A stretch of DNA of 10,000 nt from Promethearchaeati archaeon. GTDB taxonomy: Archaea; Asgardarchaeota; Heimdallarchaeia; JABLTI01. The position numbers and the translations under genes are program-made. The notes beneath the pieces were generated by a model. That model had not been told where the DNA came from. It did not search any database and saw only the letters and a list, made by a program, of their open reading frames with translations. Shown here one piece after another: positions 1 to 7,140 of the stretch; within the stretch, counting starts at the first letter, position 1; every line of letters starts with the position of its first letter. Location: positions 1-10,000 of the forward strand of contig JABLTI010000113.1 of the NCBI GenBank assembly GCA_013166835.1, given 5' to 3'.

Positions 1-115
1 TACTTTAGTTTATAATATTCTTTATTTATGTTATTAAAACAGTGTCTTTTTTTATGAATTGACTAAAAGGTAAAAAGGAAACTAGTAAACTATATTCTAA
101 GGACGTTTGTTTCTG

Positions 116-1480
116 ATGACTTTACCAACAACACATATAGCTTTAGCAGCAATAATTGTCTGGGTATTGATGGGTAAGAAGAATCGACAAATTTTCAAGA
201 AGAAATTATGGCTATTTACTCTTCTAACGCTTTTTTCATTTTTACCCGATGTTGATACGCTTTTCTACATTCATAGAACGTATTTCCACTCTATTGTTTG
301 GCCTACGTTCATTATTCTCGGGGTGTTTGGATGGTTGAGTTTTGAGAAGCTAATTAGGAAAAAAGTCATTGGAGAAAAAGCAAACTTAATCTGGAGATCT
401 ATAATAATTGCTTGTGCCTTCCTTATCCTTCACAGTATAATGGATCTAAATCCTGGTCCAGTTTTATTGTTTTATCCTTTTGATAACAGAATGTATCGAT
501 GGAATGTCTCTATGGTTTGGGATCTCGACACATTTTATTTTCTTAAGGAATTGAAGTTTAATTGGTCAAGTATATCTTTCAATGAGGGAATAGACAATTC
601 GTTATTCAATCTTACACCTCAACAAAAAATAGATTATTTTGGCACACAATATATTGAACTCTTTTTTACCGAATTTCCTATACACTTCTTATCACTTCTA
701 ACTTGGACAATTTTATTCCCAGTTACTTCTGTAGTTTTGTTGCTTAGAAAACGTCAAAAACCCAACAATTTCTTCAAGAAATTACTCAAATTTAGAAATC
801 CAATGATAGTTGGGGGTTTAATCCTTCTAACCTTTGGATTAACTCTAGGTCCTGGTTTTGGTTTAAATCGGATGGAGAATCGGGAACATAATCAATGGCT
901 TAGTTTCTCTCAAAATGAAATATTCTATGGAACAACTCGGAATTTTGAGTTAGATAAAAATGATGTTTTAAACATGAATGGTCTTTTTGCTGGGAATAAT
1001 TCAGCCTGTGAAATTACTGCAGTGATTGCCAATGAAGAGCAATTTACGAATGTTGATGAATCCTTAACTGAAGCTTTTAGTCTTTACAATAATACTTCAA
1101 GTTATAATTACACTTGGTTAATATCGAGTTATCGAAACATTACGCAAAATTTCATAGGGAATTCACTAGTTCATTATTCATTAACTCAAAATTATACCAC
1201 AGGAATAAACTACACTTTGACTAGTAAAATGACATTGTATGCTGTTGCTTTATTAGTTGATTGGAACACATCAATTGACTTTGAGGTTGATACAAAAATT
1301 GTAAACACATTACATATTAAACGCGTTCTAGAATTTTCTTTTGGTATGGTTTTTACAACTATAGGATTAATTATAGCTGTAATTCCTATAATTGATATTA
1401 TTGCGAAGATGAGAGATGAAAAGGAAAAAATCATAGAAGAATCCGTAAAAATTGAAGAAAAACAAGAGATAAGTGAGTAA
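116..1480 (+). CDS. Membrane-bound metal-dependent hydrolase (YdjM/LexA-binding inner-membrane hydrolase-like) with an additional C-terminal extracytoplasmic domain
   Basis: Family motifs appear in order among hydrophobic helices: N-terminal TH (MTLPTTH), LPDVD, HRTYFHS, HSIMD and LFYPF. A ~155-aa hydrophilic, sequon-rich segment lies between two further TM helices. ATG at 116 is preferred over the TTG at 107 because it puts the TH motif at the usual position. Confidence 0.8.
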   Translation: MTLPTTHIALAAIIVWVLMGKKNRQIFKKKLWLFTLLTLFSFLPDVDTLFYIHRTYFHSIVWPTFIILGVFGWLSFEKLIRKKVIGEKANLIWRSIIIACAFLILHSIMDLNPGPVLLFYPFDNRMYRWNVSMVWDLDTFYFLKELKFNWSSISFNEGIDNSLFNLTPQQKIDYFGTQYIELFFTEFPIHFLSLLTWTILFPVTSVVLLLRKRQKPNNFFKKLLKFRNPMIVGGLILLTFGLTLGPGFGLNRMENREHNQWLSFSQNEIFYGTTRNFELDKNDVLNMNGLFAGNNSACEITAVIANEEQFTNVDESLTEAFSLYNNTSSYNYTWLISSYRNITQNFIGNSLVHYSLTQNYTTGINYTLTSKMTLYAVALLVDWNTSIDFEVDTKIVNTLHIKRVLEFSFGMVFTTIGLIIAVIPIIDIIAKMRDEKEKIIEESVKIEEKQEISE

Positions 1481-1499
1481 GCTAATCTTTTACTCACTT
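1471..1499 (+). terminator. Inverted repeat overlapping the stop codon, probable terminator or mRNA-end hairpin
   Basis: AAGTGAGTAA (1471-1480) and TTACTCACTT (1490-1499) form a perfect 10-bp stem with a 9-nt loop. T-rich tracts follow at about 1505-1523. Confidence 0.55.
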
Positions 1500-1583
1500 T
1501 CATCTTTAAAGAGGTTATTTTTTATGGAATGAATCATAAGAAATAATTAGTTTGATATCTTTTGATTCGTGGGGTTGACAAAA

Positions 1584-2834
1584 ATGAAAAAACAGAGAAT
1601 TCTCATTTTAGTTGCTTTATTGATAACTCCAATGATTCTCTCATTCATTAAAATTGATGGTGCAGTTGAAAACCCAATTGATGAAGTTATAACACTGAAT
1701 GTTCTTCCTAATGGAGCACCAGCAATGGATTGGAATTTAGAAGATATTATGAGTGACACAAATTATACCTTTTCATCTCTTGGTACACCTTGTATAACTG
1801 CTATGCCACTTTTACGAGAAATTAATGATAATTATTCTGGAAATCCAAACTTTGTTTTAATGAGTATAGATCTAGAATCCGAAGAAGACGCTAATGAAAC
1901 TGCTCTTGAAGATTTTGCAAGTACATACAATATGAATTGGAAGATATTCCGAGATACTGTAAATATAGCTAATTATTATAATGTTAATAGTTTCCCGACT
2001 CTAATACTTTTCAGTAAAACACAGTATATTTACTACTCTGAAATTGGGGTGAGTGGAACTCAGCATTTAATCGATATGATTGATGATTTATTATCCTTCA
2101 GTGATAGCACTGATCCAATAATAAATGAAATTGAAGCTGATAAAACTTCATTTTCAGTTCTTGATAATAGGTTTGCTGTATTAGCTAATATCACAGACGA
2201 TACTTTGAGACACGTAGGATATGAATTAGAGATGGGTAGCTACTCGGATTCTAAAGATTTCTGGAAACCAAGTACATATGTAATGAATTATGAGTTCGTA
2301 GTTGATCCTGTAGCTATTTATAATGCCACACAATATGGTATAACTAATACCACCATCAATGTTATTGCGGAAGATTTTGCAGGTTTATCAACAACAGATA
2401 ATATAACAATAGATGTTGATAATTTAGTTGACGCAGAAAATCCTTTTGTAAACATAACTGATATAAAAGAAATAGATGCTTCAACTGGTCATACTTTTGA
2501 GATAATAGCTACAATAACTGATGATTTATTGGTGGTAAATGCTTCAGTTGAGCTATTGAAAAATGGAGCATCTTTTGAATCAGGTATAATGGAATTAGAT
2601 TCCGGTAATACCTACAGTATAAAATTTTTTAATTTAACAGCCAAGAAAGGAGACATAATCACAGTTAAAGTGACAGGTGAAGATGTTGCTGGTAAAACTA
2701 CAGTAGATGAGGGAGATTATATTATAACTGCTAGTGTAAGTTTAACTTTGCCAATAATTTTAGCAACCATTTTCCTTGCTAATTTGATTATCCTCCCAAT
2801 ACGAAGAATTCAAGTAAGAAAATTAACAAAATAA
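1584..2834 (+). CDS. Surface-anchored TlpA/redoxin-like protein with two Ig-like repeats; CxxC degenerate (GTPC)
   Basis: N-terminal signal/TM (MKKQRILILVALL). TlpA features are GAPAMDWNL, TPCITAMPLL, FVLMSIDL, YNMNWKIFRD and YYNVNSFPTLILF (cis-Pro loop). Two D-x-x-x-P...ITDD...EDxAG repeats follow, then a C-terminal TM and basic tail. ATG 1584 follows an SD-like GGGGT; the ORF track starts at GTG 1569. Confidence 0.75.
   Translation: MKKQRILILVALLITPMILSFIKIDGAVENPIDEVITLNVLPNGAPAMDWNLEDIMSDTNYTFSSLGTPCITAMPLLREINDNYSGNPNFVLMSIDLESEEDANETALEDFASTYNMNWKIFRDTVNIANYYNVNSFPTLILFSKTQYIYYSEIGVSGTQHLIDMIDDLLSFSDSTDPIINEIEADKTSFSVLDNRFAVLANITDDTLRHVGYELEMGSYSDSKDFWKPSTYVMNYEFVVDPVAIYNATQYGITNTTINVIAEDFAGLSTTDNITIDVDNLVDAENPFVNITDIKEIDASTGHTFEIIATITDDLLVVNASVELLKNGASFESGIMELDSGNTYSIKFFNLTAKKGDIITVKVTGEDVAGKTTVDEGDYIITASVSLTLPIILATIFLANLIILPIRRIQVRKLTK
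2103..2730 (+). repeat. Two tandem ~105-aa Ig-like beta-sandwich repeats (protein level)
   Basis: DSTDPIINEI..ANITDD..VIAEDFAG (from 2103) aligns with DAENPFVNIT..ATITDD..VTGEDVAG (from 2430). Confidence 0.65.
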
Positions 2835-2842
2835 AACTTGAC

Positions 2843-2884
2843 CTTATAAAATAATTAATACCCCTTATGGGGATTAGTTATCCC
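2843..2884 (+). promoter_or_regulatory. TATA-like box followed by a C-tract/G-tract palindrome (candidate operator or hairpin) upstream of the TlpA-CcdA fusion
   Basis: TTATAAAA at 2844-2851 is followed by AATACCCC-TTAT-GGGGATT at 2857-2875. Confidence 0.45.
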
Positions 2885-2930
2885 TATTTAGAATGATGAG
2901 ATGTGATAGTTCATTGGACAGGAAGTTTTC

Positions 2931-4304
2931 ATGGAAGAACTCGACAGCAAACCAAAAAGCTCTTTTCGATGGCTAAAAATCACTGGTTTAATGCTTGCTA
3001 GTTTAGTCATTTTAGGTGGTATTGGTTATGGTACTTATTATTTCATGACTAGTAATAATCTTGAGCCTGCTCCTACTTTTTCAGTTACTACCATATCTGG
3101 TGGTAATTTTACACTAACCGATCATCTAGGTAAAGTTGTTCTTTTGGATTTCATGTATTTGGATTGTACTCCATGTGAAGAATTGATGCCTGAACTTGTT
3201 GCTCTATCAAAGGAATTTAATGAAACTCTTGTAATTTTTTCCATTGATGTGGTTTTAGCGGATAATACAACTGAAATTCAAAACTACAAAGATACGTTTA
3301 ATGCAACTTGGGAGTTCGCTTTAGATACTGTTGGATTAGCAACAGATTACGCTGTAGTTACTCTACCAAAAACAGTAATCATCGATAGGGAAGGGTTCAT
3401 TACCTTTGCAGAAAGTGGGTTTTCAGCTGATTCAAATTTACGCGAGAAAATCCAAGATACCATTGAAGGTAAAGCAACACGCATTAATGCCAGTTTGGGG
3501 GGGACCATGGCTGTTGCATTTTTTGCTGGTATTTTATCATTTTTCTCCCCTTGTGCATTTCCAATGCTTCCTGGTTATATGGCTTATAATTTAGATCTTT
3601 TAATGAAAACTGAGAAAAGCGAAGAAGAAATGGATGAAAAGGATAAAGATACGAAAGCAAGAGTACGACGTCGAGTTTTGCGATCACTTTTATGGGGAGG
3701 AGCTGCTGCACTTGGTATTTTCCTTTTCTATATGATTATTGGTTTAATTGTATCATTTGCTGGTGGGGCTGCAGGTGATTGGAAGTGGGTAGAATACATA
3801 ATACCTGTTGTTGGTGGCTTATTGATTATACTTGGAATTTTAACGTTTACTCCGTATTCACTTGATATGAGCAAAATTATCAGTCCAATTGATAAGATTG
3901 GAAAGAGAAAGAAGAAAACCGAATTAGAGGACTCAGAACAAGAAAAAACGAAAAAGCGCTCCAAAGCTTTTAGTGAAGCTCCTCAACTCTTACAATTATT
4001 CCTCTATGGAATAACTTATGCTTTAGCTTCTATTGGGTGTAACTTCCCAATTCTTATTGGATTAGTTCTTGGTGCTTTACAAGCTGGTTCTTTCTTTAAT
4101 GCAATCATGATTTTTCTTGTGTATTCAATTGCTATGGCATTACTAATGATTGTTATTACATTACTCGTTGGATTTTCTAAAGATGCATTAATTAATAGAT
4201 TACAAGCATCAACAAAAGCAGTCAAAATTATAAGCGGAATCTTACTTATTCTTGCAGGAGGATTCCTTATTGGTTGGTTCCTCTGGGACCGTTACAAGCT
4301 TTAA
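2931..4304 (+). CDS. TlpA/redoxin domain fused to a CcdA/DsbD-beta transmembrane electron-transfer domain (cytochrome c biogenesis CcdA family)
   Basis: An N-terminal TM anchor precedes APTFSVTT..LGKVVLLDFMYLDCTPC (intact CxxC) and LPKTVIID. About six TM helices follow, carrying both CcdA cysteines: SFFSPCAFPMLPGY and ASIGCNFPIL. Confidence 0.9.
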   Translation: MEELDSKPKSSFRWLKITGLMLASLVILGGIGYGTYYFMTSNNLEPAPTFSVTTISGGNFTLTDHLGKVVLLDFMYLDCTPCEELMPELVALSKEFNETLVIFSIDVVLADNTTEIQNYKDTFNATWEFALDTVGLATDYAVVTLPKTVIIDREGFITFAESGFSADSNLREKIQDTIEGKATRINASLGGTMAVAFFAGILSFFSPCAFPMLPGYMAYNLDLLMKTEKSEEEMDEKDKDTKARVRRRVLRSLLWGGAAALGIFLFYMIIGLIVSFAGGAAGDWKWVEYIIPVVGGLLIILGILTFTPYSLDMSKIISPIDKIGKRKKKTELEDSEQEKTKKRSKAFSEAPQLLQLFLYGITYALASIGCNFPILIGLVLGALQAGSFFNAIMIFLVYSIAMALLMIVITLLVGFSKDALINRLQASTKAVKIISGILLILAGGFLIGWFLWDRYKL

Positions 4305-4334
4305 TAATAAATATAAAAATATACTAGGTGCGAA

Positions 4335-4901
4335 ATGTTGATTAAAAAGAAAAGATTTGGGTTCTTTATTACAATACCAATATTATTGCTTGTTCTTTCA
4401 ATTACAATGCAATCAGCTAATTATACTGATTCGGTTCCACTACCAATTGTCCTCTCAGTTATTCATCAACCAGTTGTTGTTACTTCTCAAACCAATCTTA
4501 CCGTTACAATCACTTTTGATTATGACATAAACATAACTAGTGTACAAATTCAATATTGCCAACTTGAGCCAGCTTTCACTTGTCATTTCCCAAAAATAGA
4601 TATGATTAGAATTGCGAGTTATTATTGGTCAGGTTCATTTATTGTTTTGGAAGAAAGTGGGATAATTGGTTACAAATTACACATTACTCTTCAAACCACT
4701 GAGTTCGTTTCCCCGAATGAAACCGATTATCTAGGATATGATAACATAGTTGAACCTGCAGCAGGAGAGTTCTATTTTTCAGTGGAATTAAATACTACTA
4801 CAGAAACAGCACCTATGAATTTTGGTTTACCATGTATAGCTTTAACTTTTGGAGTAATTGTTCTTATAAGAAGGAAGATGAGAAGTATTAGAAAAGTCTA
4901 A
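4335..4901 (+). CDS. Secreted, C-terminally anchored hypothetical surface protein (single beta-rich domain, Cx7C pair)
   Basis: KKKR plus a hydrophobic signal, then a beta-rich domain with CQLEPAFTC, a Thr-rich linker (NTTTETAP), a TM helix and an RRKMR tail. SD-like AGGTG lies upstream. Confidence 0.7.
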   Translation: MLIKKKRFGFFITIPILLLVLSITMQSANYTDSVPLPIVLSVIHQPVVVTSQTNLTVTITFDYDINITSVQIQYCQLEPAFTCHFPKIDMIRIASYYWSGSFIVLEESGIIGYKLHITLQTTEFVSPNETDYLGYDNIVEPAAGEFYFSVELNTTTETAPMNFGLPCIALTFGVIVLIRRKMRSIRKV

Positions 4902-4945
4902 TCTTTCGTCTAATAGGTGTTAACATTCCTGTTCTTATTTTTTAT

Positions 4946-5389
4946 TTATTCAATTGTAATGTTATATGTCAGATTTGTTTCAGCCTTTATCGAATTTGTC
5001 ACTAAACAGTATTTTTCTGTTAAATCAACACATTTTTCAGCTGATTTAAGATCCTCTTCATCATTGATACCAATCTCAAGATGAACATCCACTTTTTTAA
5101 ACATCAATCCTCTGTCTTCAGCCTTACCTAAATATCCTATAGCATCGATCTTTAAAGATTTCAATCCTATATCTAATTTTTCAGCCATTGCGCAAAAAGT
5201 AGTTAATTTGCACGAAGCAACAGCGCCCACAAAAAGGTCTTCTGGAGAATGAATTCCTGGTCTTCCTTTGGGAAATTCTGGGGGAGTAGTGACTTTTATT
5301 ACAGTTTTCTCCTTATCATCTAAAATGAAATTTCCAAGCCTATCATCAATCATTTCTATTATTACATGATATTTGTGTTCCTCACTCAT
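4946..5389 (-). CDS. OsmC/Ohr-family protein
   Basis: PPEFPKG..SPEDLFVGAVASC and TEKYCLVTNSI supply the two conserved family cysteines. The 147-aa length is typical. Confidence 0.9.
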   Translation of the reverse strand: MSEEHKYHVIIEMIDDRLGNFILDDKEKTVIKVTTPPEFPKGRPGIHSPEDLFVGAVASCKLTTFCAMAEKLDIGLKSLKIDAIGYLGKAEDRGLMFKKVDVHLEIGINDEEDLKSAEKCVDLTEKYCLVTNSIKAETNLTYNITIE

Positions 5390-5509
5390 TTTGCTAGCCT
5401 CATCTTTTTAGTTTATTATAATTGTAAGAGAAATAATTAAAACCATTTAAAATTGCTTTATACTATCTAAATTAATCTTACGGAAAAAAAACTAGGTTGA
5501 TGTATTTTT

Positions 5510-6292
5510 ATGACAATTACTAAAGCACTCATAAACCTTCTTCCTCATGAATCGAAAAAACTCATTGGAGTTGGAATAACTGCTCTTGATATGGTGAAGA
5601 AGAAAATGAAGAAAGGAAGGATTTTTGTTGCACGAGGTACCACTAATGCCTATGTATTAGAAGAAATGGTAGCAATTGCAGAATTCGATAAAAGTCGCTA
5701 TGTTGCTGGTCAAATATTGCCAGTAGGAGAACGACTGACTTCTTGCCCAGGAGATAAGCGCTTAGCTGAAATCCTTTTCATTGATGGTAAAGCACAAGAA
5801 ATTGAATCTATCACTAAAGAAATAGATGATTTTACAAAAGGTGACATTGTAATCAAAGGAGCGAATGCTCTCGATTTCGATGGTGTTGCTGGTGTTCTTT
5901 TAGCTCATCCAAAAGGTGGAACATGCGGAGCATTTTGGGGTTCTTTGGTTGCTAAAGGTTTACGTCTTCTCATTCCAATTGGCTTAGAAAAATTAGTTGC
6001 TCATTCAATCTTATATAGTTCAGCAGATATGGGCATTGAAGAAATTGATATGTCAGATGGTTATAAATCTGGTCTCTTCCCACTGTTAGGAGATGTTTTT
6101 ACAGAGATTGATGCATTAGAAACACTATTTGAACTAGATGAAGTAGTTCATGTCGCTAGCGGAGGTGTGGGCGGTGCAGAGGGAGCGATTACTTTATTGC
6201 TTATTGGAGATAAAGACATCGTCAAAAAAGCATTTGATTTCTGTCAAAAATTGAAGTCAGTAGAGCGATTTGTACCCACAGTAAGTATGTAA
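5510..6292 (+). CDS. Conserved hypothetical soluble protein, possibly NagB/RpiA/CoA-transferase-like (ISOCOT) fold
   Basis: Gly-rich, conserved-looking motifs: ARGTTNAYV, IKGANALD, HPKGGTCG, IPIGLEK, TEIDAL and SGGVGGAEG. GTT and KGA-N-A-L resemble RpiA/eIF2B/DeoR-C-type elements. The fold call is inference. Confidence 0.6.
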   Translation: MTITKALINLLPHESKKLIGVGITALDMVKKKMKKGRIFVARGTTNAYVLEEMVAIAEFDKSRYVAGQILPVGERLTSCPGDKRLAEILFIDGKAQEIESITKEIDDFTKGDIVIKGANALDFDGVAGVLLAHPKGGTCGAFWGSLVAKGLRLLIPIGLEKLVAHSILYSSADMGIEEIDMSDGYKSGLFPLLGDVFTEIDALETLFELDEVVHVASGGVGGAEGAITLLLIGDKDIVKKAFDFCQKLKSVERFVPTVSM

Positions 6293-6321
6293 GAGGAGCT
6301 TTCTCCTCCCCTCATATTTTT
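6293..6321 (+). terminator. Hairpin plus T-tract directly after the stop codon
   Basis: GAGGAG-CTTT-CTCCTC at 6293-6308, then TTTTT at 6317-6321. Confidence 0.55.
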
Positions 6322-6374
6322 AGCGGTAACCTTAAGTTTCCAAATATGAAACGAATATTATAGAAAAATTAACT

Positions 6375-6391
6375 CGGAAATGTTTTAAGTA
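6375..6391 (+). promoter_or_regulatory. Putative archaeal BRE/TATA promoter of the RPA32-like gene
   Basis: CGGAAA-TGT-TTTAAGTA lies about 40 nt upstream of ATG 6430. SD-like GAGGA is at 6417-6421. Confidence 0.4.
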
Positions 6392-6429
6392 AATAATAAC
6401 ATGAGAGGATTGTTAAGAGGATTTAAGAT

Positions 6430-7116
6430 ATGACATTTAGTAGTAAACGACGCGCACCGGCAATAAAACTCAAAATAAAAGATATTACTGAAGGGGAATT
6501 TGAAACTATTCAAGACGGTTCAAAACTTCTCCATGTAAAAACTGATGATCTCGTTCGAAGAGTAAGAATTATGGGAGAAATCACCAGTAAAACCGTCATA
6601 GAAAGTGATGAAAGCATAATACTAGAAATTGATGATACTACTAGTTCCCTTAAAGTAAAAGGTGGAGGATCAGAATGGGCTGGACAAGTTTTTCTTGCTA
6701 TGAAAGATTTGAAGGAAGGGTCTACTGTAGATATCGTAGGTCTTATTCGTGAAGCAGCAGATGGTAAAGCGTACATCGATTGTGAATTATGTCTCCCAGT
6801 TATAGATAATGCAGTTAAGGTTCTAAGAGAACTTGAGATATCAAAGTATTATAAGCGCAAGGGATTGGATTCAAAAGCAACAGATGGCATAGAAAGCGCG
6901 ATTAAAGATCAAGTAAAGCTTAATGAAAGTGATGAAATAAAAACTCAGATAATTGAGCTTTTGAAAAAAGCAGAGCATTTAGAGGAAGGATGTTCTTTTG
7001 ATGACATTAAGAGGGCTTTGGGGCTCACAACTAAAGAGTTGGAACCTGAACTTCGCGCTCTTCAAAATGATGGCGACATCTTTGAACCAATGCCTGGAAC
7101 TTTCAAGTATGTCTAA
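6430..7116 (+). CDS. RPA32/RPA2-like ssDNA-binding protein: OB fold plus C-terminal winged helix
   Basis: OB-fold strands RVRIMGEI, LEIDDTTSSLKVK and TVDIVGLIRE, then a helix and linker, then a wH domain (IIELLK..GCSFDDIKRALG..LRALQNDGDIFEPMPGTFKYV). Confidence 0.8.
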   Translation: MTFSSKRRAPAIKLKIKDITEGEFETIQDGSKLLHVKTDDLVRRVRIMGEITSKTVIESDESIILEIDDTTSSLKVKGGGSEWAGQVFLAMKDLKEGSTVDIVGLIREAADGKAYIDCELCLPVIDNAVKVLRELEISKYYKRKGLDSKATDGIESAIKDQVKLNESDEIKTQIIELLKKAEHLEEGCSFDDIKRALGLTTKELEPELRALQNDGDIFEPMPGTFKYV

Positions 7117-7140
7117 GAGAATAAGATAATATCAATAGAA

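Noticed and set aside
1210-1759. Minus-strand ORFs 1210-1503 and 1547-1759
   Set aside because: They are antisense shadows of well-supported genes and have no recognisable motifs.
1779-1793. Selenocysteine (UxxC) or frameshift explanation for the missing first Cys
   Set aside because: There is no in-frame TGA and the missing strand is not encoded in another frame. The sequence is simply absent.
2892-2915. Box C-like ATGATGA with AATGA/TCATT stem (possible C/D sRNA, K-turn or SECIS)
   Set aside because: There is no properly placed CTGA box D, the spacing is too short, and no Sec codon is nearby.
3406-4225. ORFs 3406-3594(+), 3484-3711(-), 3728-3964(-) and 4016-4225(-)
   Set aside because: They are fully nested in the TlpA-CcdA gene as alternative-frame or antisense shadows.
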